Position numbers and translations under genes: made by a program
Notes under the pieces: model-generated
Databases searched by the model: none
Seen by the model: only the letters and a program-made list of their open reading frames with translations
Told to the model about the DNA's origin: nothing
Shown here: positions 32,082-40,246 of the stretch, one piece after another
Layout of the letters: the number at the start of each line of letters is the position of its first letter
Position numbering within the stretch: the stretch's first letter is position 1
Source: an uncultured Candidatus Saccharimonas sp.
GTDB lineage: Bacteria; Patescibacteriota; Saccharimonadia; Saccharimonadales; Saccharimonadaceae
Direction: 5' to 3'
Assembly (NCBI GenBank): GCA_963549415.1
Contig: CAUUYC010000004.1
Coordinates: forward strand, 682-64,681
Length of the DNA: 64,000 bases

Positions 32082-34328
32082 ATGAGGGACCAAATGAAAA
32101 AACTCATTAATTTTATTAAAAACCATTCAATAATCTCTGGTTCAGTTTTGGTGGCAGCAGTAGCTCCAGCTCTAGTTTGGGCTTGGGGTCCAGCTCGACC
32201 ATCATTTACTATTGAAAAACCAGCAGATTATATTACATTCAACTCAATCACAAATAACCCTGTGATTGGCGGAGACGAAAAAGATTTCGTTGGAATCCGT
32301 GAAGTTGGCTCAAATGCAAAATGGACAAACAATATGAAAGTCCAAAATGGCAAAGAATATTACGTTCGAATGTACGTTCACAACAACGCAGCTTCAAACT
32401 TGAATCTTGTTGCCGAAAACGTAGTAGCAAAACTTAACGTTCCAACAACAACAGCAAAAAATGTGACTGTTCAAGGTCAGATTTCAGCTTCAAATGCAAA
32501 ACCTAACACAGTTTGGGACGAAGCAACTTTTTCAAGTGATAATGACTTCAACTTAGCTTATGTTGCCGGTTCTGCCCTTTTCGAAAATAACGGAATGGGT
32601 ACAACTAAACTTCCAGACAGTATTGTAAATAATACTGGAGCAAAACTTGGATACGACAAACTTGATGGAAAAATTCCTGGATGTTTCCAATATGCAGGCT
32701 ATGTAACCGTTAAAGTTAAAGCTCAAGTTAGCCAACCGCAAGAAAAAACTAATATCGACCTTGCAAAAACAGTTCGAAATAAAACAAATGGTGAAAAATC
32801 TTGGGTTGAAACTGTAAATGCAAAATCTGGCGATACAGTTCAATTCCAAATTCATGCTAAAAATACAGGTTCTACAGGAATTCAGAACTTAGTAATTCGC
32901 GATATTCTACCAAAAGGTTTGAATTATGTTGCAGGCTCAACAAAGCTCTACAATACATCAAATCCAAAAGGATTGAAAGTTAGCGACAATGTCATTCAAA
33001 ATTCTGGAATCAATATCGGTTCATATCAACCAAATGGTGACGCTTATGTTCGGTTTGACGCAACTGTTTCAGCTGAGAATAGTTTGCCAGTTTGTGGAGA
33101 TAACACTCTAACTAACATCGCTCAAGCAAGTGACCAAAAAATCGTTAAAAACGATACTGCAAGCGTAAAAGTTACAAAAAAATGTGAAACTCCTAAAAAT
33201 CCAGTTTATAAATGTGAAGCTTTAAGTTTAAACATTGTTCGAAAAGACGAAAAGCAAATCACTTATGCTGCTGACACAAAATATTCAGTAAAAGATACAG
33301 AATTTACTGGCACAAAATATGTAGTAAAAAATTCAAAAAATGAAGTTGTTGCCGAAAAAGTTGTAAATGGTGGAACTAAATTCGAAATTACCGTTCCAAA
33401 CAATGTGAACGAAAAATACACAGTTACTTCAACAATCATCACTAAAAACGGTGAAAATTCAAATACTAACTGTGAAAAATCTTTCGAAACTAAAGCTCCA
33501 GCACCAGTTCCATCTAAACCGGAATTGGTATGTCGAAATATTACAATTAACCAAATTTCTCGAACAAAATTCGAATTTAACACTTCTTATACTGTAAATA
33601 ACACAACATTTGTTGGCGTTAAATATATCGTAAAAGATCAAAGTGGTAAAATCGTAATCGAGAAAACTGTAAATAACGGCTCAAAATTAACACTCGATAT
33701 TGAAATTGTTGGTAAATTCACAATTTCTTCAACCGTTATCACAAAAGATGGCGAAAACTCAAATTCAAATTGTGAAAAATCTTTCGAAGTTAAACGCGAA
33801 GAAAAACCTTCAATCCTTATCAAGAAAACTGTAAATAATCAGAAAAATGCTAAAATTGAAGCAAATACTGATTTTAACTACGAGATTACAGTTTCGAATA
33901 ACGGAAATGTTGATTTGAAAGATGTTGTTGTAACCGACCGTGCACCAGCAAATATTACTTTTGTAAGTGCTGATAGCGGTGAAATCAAAGATAATACTTT
34001 AACTCTAAAGATTAGCTCTTTGAAAGTTGGTGAAAGTAAAACTATTACAATTAAATCACAAGCAACAGCAACAGGAATGACTGCCGTAAATACAGCCTGT
34101 GTAGATACGCCAACAATTCCTGGCGACAATGACGGTTGTGATAGCGCGAAAGTGGAAATTCCAAAGAAACAAACTCCACCAACGCCTACACCAAACAATC
34201 CAACACCAAATATTCCAACAGAATTGCCACAAACTGGTGCAAATAGCATTTCTGCAATTCTTGGATTAACATCAATGGTGACCGCCTTTGGTTACTACTT
34301 CGCTAGCCGAAAAGCTGCAAGATTCTAA
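32082..34328 (+). CDS. LPXTG-anchored cell-surface protein with DUF11-type repeat domains
   Basis: Signal peptide after ATG 32082/32094 (the ORF-track GTG is at 32061). The C-terminal sorting signal is LPQTG, a hydrophobic helix and RKAARF. DUF11-like segments and two ~100-aa Cys-bounded tandem domains are present. Confidence 0.85.
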   Translation: MRDQMKKLINFIKNHSIISGSVLVAAVAPALVWAWGPARPSFTIEKPADYITFNSITNNPVIGGDEKDFVGIREVGSNAKWTNNMKVQNGKEYYVRMYVHNNAASNLNLVAENVVAKLNVPTTTAKNVTVQGQISASNAKPNTVWDEATFSSDNDFNLAYVAGSALFENNGMGTTKLPDSIVNNTGAKLGYDKLDGKIPGCFQYAGYVTVKVKAQVSQPQEKTNIDLAKTVRNKTNGEKSWVETVNAKSGDTVQFQIHAKNTGSTGIQNLVIRDILPKGLNYVAGSTKLYNTSNPKGLKVSDNVIQNSGINIGSYQPNGDAYVRFDATVSAENSLPVCGDNTLTNIAQASDQKIVKNDTASVKVTKKCETPKNPVYKCEALSLNIVRKDEKQITYAADTKYSVKDTEFTGTKYVVKNSKNEVVAEKVVNGGTKFEITVPNNVNEKYTVTSTIITKNGENSNTNCEKSFETKAPAPVPSKPELVCRNITINQISRTKFEFNTSYTVNNTTFVGVKYIVKDQSGKIVIEKTVNNGSKLTLDIEIVGKFTISSTVITKDGENSNSNCEKSFEVKREEKPSILIKKTVNNQKNAKIEANTDFNYEITVSNNGNVDLKDVVVTDRAPANITFVSADSGEIKDNTLTLKISSLKVGESKTITIKSQATATGMTAVNTACVDTPTIPGDNDGCDSAKVEIPKKQTPPTPTPNNPTPNIPTELPQTGANSISAILGLTSMVTAFGYYFASRKAARF
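33213..33800 (+). repeat. Two tandem ~300-nt domain repeats inside the LPXTG gene
   Basis: Both copies end in TGTGAAAAATCTTTCGAA (CEKSFE), at 33471 and 33771, exactly 300 nt apart. The protein copies are diverged (...TSTIITKNGENSNTNCEKSFE versus SSTVITKDGENSNSNCEKSFE). Confidence 0.75.
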
Positions 34329-34367
34329 GCTGACCGCTTCTCAATGGAGCGATCAAGCTTCAAATCT

Positions 34368-34405
34368 AAAAAATAGACTTCCACTTGGAGGTCTATTTTA
34401 TTTTT
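34368..34405. terminator. Bidirectional terminator between the LPXTG gene and folD
   Basis: A 10-bp stem (34373-34382 pairs with 34387-34396), flanked by A- and T-runs. Confidence 0.7.
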
Positions 34406-35255
34406 ATAAATCTTGCTGGCCCTTTTTATCAGCAATTTTTCTCGCTGCTATAATTACATTATCAATTAATGAAGCCACCGTAAGCGGACCAACACCGCCC
34501 TTCACTGGGGTAATTATTAAGTCTTTTCGAAAATCACGAACTTCTTCAGCTACATCGCCTTTAATTTTGCCATTTTCGCTTGCTGTTCCAGCATCAACAA
34601 CCACAGCTTTATTTTTTAGCATTTCTGAAGTTATTAAATTTGGCTTTCCAACAGCTGTAATTACCACATCAAAATCTTTAAGATGCTCTTTCATTTCTTT
34701 CGAATTGAATTCATCAAATTTCGAAACTGGCACACCAGAAGATTCAAACATTTTCGAAAGTGGTGCGCCTACCAGTTTGCCTTGACCAACAATAGCAACT
34801 TTTTTATTCTCTAACGAAATATTATACCCTGCCAAAAGCCAATTTATCGCCTGAGCTGTGGCTGGCACAAAAGCACCACCGTTCAAACCGTCAACATCTT
34901 TCTCTTTAGATATTTCCGATAAAATTTGCTCGGTTTCCTCTTTCGAAATCTTCTCACCATTTTCATCTTCAAGTGGAAGCTGAACGATAATTCCATGAAT
35001 ATTTTCATCAAGATTTGCTTTTTGAATTTCTTTTTTCATAAATTCAACAGCAACTTTCCGCCGCTCAATCTCAATTAGAATATCTTCACCATACTTTTCT
35101 TTAAGCCGCATATAAGTTTCAGTTACAGGATTTTTCGAAGAGTAAAAAATTACTAATTTTGGAAAAACCCGCCAGCTTTGCCGCAAAGCCCGCACTTGCT
35201 TAGCTTGACGCTCCTTAATAAAATCGCGGAGTTCTGCACCATTTAAAATTCTCAT
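34404..35255 (-). CDS. folD: Bifunctional methylenetetrahydrofolate dehydrogenase/cyclohydrolase
   Basis: 283 aa with GIIVQLPL and an NAD(P)-binding VVGQGKLVGAP, plus PVKGGVGPLT. Confidence 0.95.
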   Translation of the reverse strand: MRILNGAELRDFIKERQAKQVRALRQSWRVFPKLVIFYSSKNPVTETYMRLKEKYGEDILIEIERRKVAVEFMKKEIQKANLDENIHGIIVQLPLEDENGEKISKEETEQILSEISKEKDVDGLNGGAFVPATAQAINWLLAGYNISLENKKVAIVGQGKLVGAPLSKMFESSGVPVSKFDEFNSKEMKEHLKDFDVVITAVGKPNLITSEMLKNKAVVVDAGTASENGKIKGDVAEEVRDFRKDLIITPVKGGVGPLTVASLIDNVIIAARKIADKKGQQDL

Positions 35256-35277
35256 TCTTTTATTATACGCAAATATA

Positions 35278-35306
35278 TTGAAAAATTCAATTTTTTAATA
35301 TATAAT
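35278..35306 (+). promoter_or_regulatory. Promoter TTGAAA-17-TATAAT
   Basis: -35 at 35278-35283 and -10 at 35301-35306. An AAAGGA SD precedes ATG 35353. Confidence 0.6.
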
Positions 35307-35352
35307 TTAAAATATAATCATTACAGAAGTTAATCAAAGAAAGGATTTTTGA

Positions 35353-35904
35353 ATGTATAATTATAATAGTTACCACACATATGGGTATAGAAATTACAAC
35401 CACAGCGCAGACGCTGAAGCTATTGCTGGAATATCTATTGCATTCTTTTTAATTTTCGCACTAGTTGCTGCAGTTATAGGATATGTTATCAGCTCTCTTC
35501 TTTACATGCTAATTTTTAAAAAGGCTGGAATCGATGCCAAAAAAGCTTGGATTCCTTTTTACAACCGTTGGATATTCTTCGAACTCGGTGGACAAGAAGG
35601 CTGGAAATCTCTTTTAACTTTCGTTCCTTATGTCGGACTAATAATCTCATTTGTTTTTGAAGTTCTTGCAGTTATTGAAATCAGCAAAAAACTCGATAAA
35701 TCACCTTATTGGTCTATTCTTTTCATATTTGTAGCCCCTATTTGGTTCTTAATTCTTGGTCTAGATAGTTCTCGCTGGAATGATATAGCCGGTAAAGAAA
35801 GCCTTGCAAAAGGAACTATCCTTGGTTATAAAATCGTAGAAGAAGAAAAAGAAGCAGAAGAAGAAAAAGCTCCTGAAGCTAAAGAAGAAAAAACAGAAGA
35901 ATAA
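35353..35904 (+). CDS. DUF5684-like small membrane protein with an E/K-rich tail
   Basis: 183 aa. The segment FKKAGIDAKKAWIPFYNRW...LGG resembles my recollection of the DUF5684 family. This assignment is not searched. Confidence 0.7.
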   Translation: MYNYNSYHTYGYRNYNHSADAEAIAGISIAFFLIFALVAAVIGYVISSLLYMLIFKKAGIDAKKAWIPFYNRWIFFELGGQEGWKSLLTFVPYVGLIISFVFEVLAVIEISKKLDKSPYWSILFIFVAPIWFLILGLDSSRWNDIAGKESLAKGTILGYKIVEEEKEAEEEKAPEAKEEKTEE

Positions 35905-35920
35905 TTCTTTTTTAAATCTT

Positions 35921-35958
35921 AAAACGACATTCAAATCAAGAATGTCGTTTTAATTTTT
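35921..35958. terminator. Bidirectional terminator
   Basis: A 12-bp stem: AAAACGACATTC (35921-35932) pairs with GAATGTCGTTTT (35940-35951). Confidence 0.75.
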
Positions 35959-35959
35959 A

Positions 35960-37006
35960 TTAAATTTCCAGCGGTTCTTGTTCAATTTTTAAACCAAATT
36001 TTTCAAAAACTCTATCCTGAATCATTTTTCTTGCTTTAGCCAGCTCATCATAGTTTTTAGCTGAAATATTTGTTAAAACTAAAGCATTTTCTGGATGAAC
36101 TTTTATTCCAAAAAATTCTTTTCCCTTCAAGCCTGTTTGCTCAATAAGCCAGCCAGTTGCAATTTTGTATTTTTCACCAACTTCAAAGAGTGGTACATTT
36201 TGATATTTTTTACAAATCTCTGCGGCTTTCTCTTTCGAAATTATCACATTCTTGAAAAAACTCCCAGAATTTGGAATTTCTTCTGGATCTGGCAATTTTT
36301 TTGAACGAATCTCAACCACCGCGTTCATTATATCTTTCGCTGTTAGATTTTCTTTATTTTTGCCAATATTCTCAAGTTTCTCCTTTAAAACCTTGTATTC
36401 AGGCATTTCTGGTTGAGATTTTGAAAGTTTCAAATTTACCGAAACGATAAAATATTTTCCTTTAGCATCATTCTTAAAAATACTATCACGGTAAGCGAAT
36501 TCACATTCACTTTTTAATAAAGTTTTAATTTTACCAGTTGAGATTTCAAAAACTTTGACACTTTTCAAAATATCAGCAATTTCTTGGCCATATGCACCAA
36601 CATTCTGGATTGGTAGAGCTCCAACTGTTCCAGGAATCATCGCCATTGCTTCACAGCCGCTAAAACCTTTCGAAACTGCAAAGTTAACAAAATTATGCCA
36701 ATTTTCACCAGATTTTATGCAGAATTCAACATTCTCATTATTTTCGAAAACCTTTTCAAAACCTTTAATTTCATTTTTTATCACTATTCCTGCAAAGTTT
36801 TGATTCTTCACAATCGTATTACTTCCGCCACCAAGAACAAAAATCGGCAAATTATTTTTTTCTGAAAACTTAATTGAGTTCTTAAAATCTTCAATATTTT
36901 TTACTACCGTAAAAAAATGAGCTTTTCCACTAATTTTCATAGTTGTAAGTTTGCCAAAATCAATACCTTGCTGAATTTTTAGATTTTCGAAAATTATTTC
37001 CTTCAT
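35960..37006 (-). CDS. murB: UDP-N-acetylenolpyruvoylglucosamine reductase
   Basis: FAD-binding PCMH domain (VLGGGSNTIV) and a MurB C-terminal domain. ATG 37004-37006 is preferred over the ORF-track TTG at 37015, which lies next to the -10 box. Confidence 0.9.
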   Translation of the reverse strand: MKEIIFENLKIQQGIDFGKLTTMKISGKAHFFTVVKNIEDFKNSIKFSEKNNLPIFVLGGGSNTIVKNQNFAGIVIKNEIKGFEKVFENNENVEFCIKSGENWHNFVNFAVSKGFSGCEAMAMIPGTVGALPIQNVGAYGQEIADILKSVKVFEISTGKIKTLLKSECEFAYRDSIFKNDAKGKYFIVSVNLKLSKSQPEMPEYKVLKEKLENIGKNKENLTAKDIMNAVVEIRSKKLPDPEEIPNSGSFFKNVIISKEKAAEICKKYQNVPLFEVGEKYKIATGWLIEQTGLKGKEFFGIKVHPENALVLTNISAKNYDELAKARKMIQDRVFEKFGLKIEQEPLEI

Positions 37007-37014
37007 ATAAATCA

Positions 37015-37023
37015 ATTATATCA
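37015..37023 (-). promoter_or_regulatory. Extended -10 (TGaTATAAT) 8 nt upstream of the murB ATG
   Basis: Minus-strand -10 at 37015-37020 with TG at 37022-37023. No clear -35 and no SD. Confidence 0.45.
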
Positions 37024-37060
37024 TAAAAAAATAAAAACCCGCCAAAAGCGAGAAAAACTG

Positions 37061-37137
37061 TGGTACACCCGGCAGGATTTGAACCTACAACCGCCTGGTT
37101 CGAAGCCAGGTACTCTATCCAGTTGAGCTACGGGTGC
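37061..37137 (-). tRNA. tRNA-Arg(UCG), CCA encoded
   Basis: Hand-folded: acceptor GCACCCG/CGGGTGT (G1-U72 wobble), anticodon loop CTTCGAA, T-loop GGTTCAAATCC. Confidence 0.85.
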
Positions 37138-37179
37138 TTAATAAATAAATTATACCACACTTTTTTTATTTTGTGAAGA

Positions 37180-38772
37180 CTATTTTTTAATAAATTTTAA
37201 AATTTTATATAAAGGATCACCGTTTAACGAATTGTTATAATCCATTTCCTCTGAAAAATTATAATCAGAAATTGGTGATTTTTTATCAGCACTGTTATAT
37301 GGGAAAATTATAAAAAACTCTTTATTCTTCAAGAAACTACTATCATGCTCAATCTTTGGCGTGTAATCAGCTCGAATCATATCACCAGAACGATAAATTG
37401 GGGGCTCGCCATAAAACCAAATTTTACTTTCATTATTAGAATATTGCGCTGCCGAATAATATAAAAATCCGCCAACAACAATTGCTGCATTATTTTTTTC
37501 ATTTCGAACCTTTTCAATCGCTTGCCGAATTTCAGTAATTTCTCCACCATTTTTAGAAATACCCTTTTGTAAATTAAGCTGAAAAATTCCAAAAATATGC
37601 GAAAAAATAATCAAAATAATCAATAAAATTGAAACACTCTTTTTATTTTCGAAAAGTTTAACCGCAATAATTGCCATTAAAATTGAGACAAAAACTTCAG
37701 CCATAAGCAAATATCTGTCAACAAAAATTGAACTAAATGGTGGTAAACTTGCGATATAAAGCAAAAATATAGGAATTACCGAGACTGAAAAAATCAGCCA
37801 AAAAATACTATTATTTTTTCCGCTCCTCCACTTTTCGAATGCAAAAAATGCAATAATCAGAAGAATAACCATAGCTATCAAAGATAACCAACCGTTAGTT
37901 TTGCCAGCATCAAGATAAAAAAAGAAATTCGATACCATATTTGGTATTGTTGTAAAATCAAGTGCAGGAATCCAAAACTTAGCTTTGACATAAGTAGCTT
38001 GCGAAATGAAAAATGGAATCCAAGGAATATATAAAAATGCAACAATCAAATGCGAAGAAAGCCATTTTTCAGTAAAAAAATTACTAAAAAACTGTTTTAC
38101 GTTATTCTTCTGCTTTCGAAATTTCAAATAGCTAAAAAGATTAAACCTATTGTTCTTTTCTTGACTCTTCGAAATATAAACTGCTCTAAAAATCCATAAT
38201 GAAATTGGAATCAAAGCATAGAGATATTGTGTCCAAATTCCAGCATAAACAGCAATAATATAAATTATCCGCCATTTTTTCTTACTTTTCATCGTATTTC
38301 CAGCAACCCAAGCTTCATAAAAGGCTCTTACCGTTAAAATACTTAAAAATGCTACCATCGTATACATTCTAGCTTCCTGAGAATATCTAATCAACATCGG
38401 TGAAATTGCAAGAAAACCACTCGCCAATAGTGCAATTTTCTTATTATAAATCCTTTTTACCAAAAAATATGCCAAAATTATGGTTAAAACACCAAAAAAT
38501 GCAGATAGACTCCTCAATGCAAAGTCACTCAAGCCGAAAAATGCACTCCAAATTTTCAATAAAAAATAGTAAAGTGGCGGATGAACATCAACAGATGTGT
38601 AATGCCAAATTTCAGCAAAATTAAAACGAATTATATAAGCCGAAAAAGCCTCATCAAACCAGATTGAGGCTTTCGAAATTGTTAAAAAAACAAGGGTTAA
38701 AAATCCTGAAATAATTCCCAGAAAAGCAATTTTAGAACGGCACTTTTTAAATCTCGAAAAAACCATACCCAT
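37180..38772 (-). CDS. GT39/ArnT-like (GT-C fold) membrane glycosyltransferase
   Basis: 530 aa with about 12 TM helices, a first-loop DE motif (IWFDEAFS) and a C-terminal soluble domain. Confidence 0.75.
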   Translation of the reverse strand: MGMVFSRFKKCRSKIAFLGIISGFLTLVFLTISKASIWFDEAFSAYIIRFNFAEIWHYTSVDVHPPLYYFLLKIWSAFFGLSDFALRSLSAFFGVLTIILAYFLVKRIYNKKIALLASGFLAISPMLIRYSQEARMYTMVAFLSILTVRAFYEAWVAGNTMKSKKKWRIIYIIAVYAGIWTQYLYALIPISLWIFRAVYISKSQEKNNRFNLFSYLKFRKQKNNVKQFFSNFFTEKWLSSHLIVAFLYIPWIPFFISQATYVKAKFWIPALDFTTIPNMVSNFFFYLDAGKTNGWLSLIAMVILLIIAFFAFEKWRSGKNNSIFWLIFSVSVIPIFLLYIASLPPFSSIFVDRYLLMAEVFVSILMAIIAVKLFENKKSVSILLIILIIFSHIFGIFQLNLQKGISKNGGEITEIRQAIEKVRNEKNNAAIVVGGFLYYSAAQYSNNESKIWFYGEPPIYRSGDMIRADYTPKIEHDSSFLKNKEFFIIFPYNSADKKSPISDYNFSEEMDYNNSLNGDPLYKILKFIKK

Positions 38773-38781
38773 GATAAGCCT

Positions 38782-38790
38782 ATTATATCA
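38782..38790 (-). promoter_or_regulatory. Extended -10 (TGaTATAAT) 9 nt upstream of the GT39 ATG
   Basis: Minus-strand -10 at 38782-38787 and ATG at 38770-38772. No SD. Confidence 0.45.
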
Positions 38791-38824
38791 TAGCTTCTAG
38801 CTTTTCGGAAATATTAAAAATTAT

Positions 38825-40096
38825 CTATAGATCACTCGGCAGCGGAAAATTCCTAGCAAAATCTGCAACTTCTTTTTTAATTTCGGCAAGTTTTTTAGAG
38901 TCTTCACGGTATTTAATTGCAAGATCCATCCATTCAGCAATTTTCGTCATCTCGGCTTCCTTCATTCCACGCGAAGTTACAGCCGGCGTTCCAAGCCGGA
39001 TCCCGCTTGGCGCGAACATAGACAAAGTATCATTAGGAATTGAGTTAGCGTTCAAAGTTAGGCCAATTGCGTCCATTGCGCGTTCAGCAACTTTCCCATC
39101 AATTCCAAAACTCGCATAAATATCAATTAAAATTAAGTGATTTTTTGTGCCTCCAGTCACGAGTTTGAAACCTCTTTTCGAAAGCTCTTCGGCCAAAAAA
39201 TGAGCATTTTTTACTACCTGTTGAGCATAAATTTTAAATTCAGGCTGAAGTGCTTCATAAAAAGAAACTGCTTTTGCCACAATTGAGTGCATTTGTGGGC
39301 CACCTTGCGTTCCCGGAAAAACACTTCGATCAATTAAAGTTGGCAAATTTTCAAGAGTTTTTTCTGGTTTTTTGAGCGGATTCCCCACTTTTCCATTCGA
39401 AAGAATCATTCCACCACGAGGACCACGGAGGGTTTTATGTGTTGTAGTTGTCACAACATTAAAACCATACTCAAATGGGTTTTTCGAAACACCTCCAGCA
39501 ATCAATCCAGCAATATGTGCTACATCCGCCATCAACATTGCTCCATATTTTTTGCCAATTTCAACAATTTTAGCATAATCAATTTCACCAGGATATGCAG
39601 AAAATCCCACAAGAATAATTTTTGGCTTATATTTTTCAGCTAATTCTTCAATCTGCTTATAATTAATTTCACCATTTTCATCTAAGCCATATCGCACAAA
39701 ATTATAAATCTTACCGCTACGAGTTACCGGTGAGCCGTGCGTTAAATGACCACCTTGAGATAAATCCATGCCTAAAACCGTATCGCCAACTTCTAGCCAA
39801 GCATTATAAACCGCCTCATTAGCATTTGCACCACTATGTGGTTGGACATTAGCATGATCACAATTAAAAAGCTGTTTTGCGCGTTCGATCGCTAAACTTT
39901 CAATGATATCAGTGTTTTCCTGACCACCATAGTATCTTCTACCAGGATATCCTTCAGAATACTTATTTGTTAAAACTGAGCCAAGCGCTGCCAACACTTC
40001 TCTCGAAACATAATTCTCGCTCGGAATTAGTTCCAAGCCTTCTCGCTGACGATTTTCCTCATTTTCAATTACATTAAAAATCTTTTCATCAAACAT
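38825..40096 (-). CDS. glyA: Serine hydroxymethyltransferase
   Basis: 423 aa with the PLP-lysine motif TTTTHKTLRGPRGG. A strong AAGGAGAG SD precedes it. Confidence 0.97.
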   Translation of the reverse strand: MFDEKIFNVIENEENRQREGLELIPSENYVSREVLAALGSVLTNKYSEGYPGRRYYGGQENTDIIESLAIERAKQLFNCDHANVQPHSGANANEAVYNAWLEVGDTVLGMDLSQGGHLTHGSPVTRSGKIYNFVRYGLDENGEINYKQIEELAEKYKPKIILVGFSAYPGEIDYAKIVEIGKKYGAMLMADVAHIAGLIAGGVSKNPFEYGFNVVTTTTHKTLRGPRGGMILSNGKVGNPLKKPEKTLENLPTLIDRSVFPGTQGGPQMHSIVAKAVSFYEALQPEFKIYAQQVVKNAHFLAEELSKRGFKLVTGGTKNHLILIDIYASFGIDGKVAERAMDAIGLTLNANSIPNDTLSMFAPSGIRLGTPAVTSRGMKEAEMTKIAEWMDLAIKYREDSKKLAEIKKEVADFARNFPLPSDL

Positions 40097-40210
40097 AAAA
40101 AACTCTCCTTAAAAATTAAACTTTTTCGAAACTAAAAAATATAAAAACCGTCGCTATATCATATTTTTAAGTATATCATATTTTTAAAAAATAAAAAATT
40201 CTTAGAAAAC

Positions 40211-40240
40211 TTGTTTTTATTATACCATAAGTGATATAAT
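40211..40240 (+). promoter_or_regulatory. Promoter TTGTTT-18-TGaTATAAT, -10 box exactly 6 nt upstream of the HTH-murA ATG (leaderless)
   Basis: -10 at 40235-40240 and ATG at 40247. No SD. Confidence 0.6.
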
Positions 40241-40246
40241 TATTTT

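Noticed and set aside
34288-34785. 165-aa plus-strand ORF
   Set aside because: It is antisense to the well-supported folD gene and spans the bidirectional terminator. This is a typical shadow ORF.
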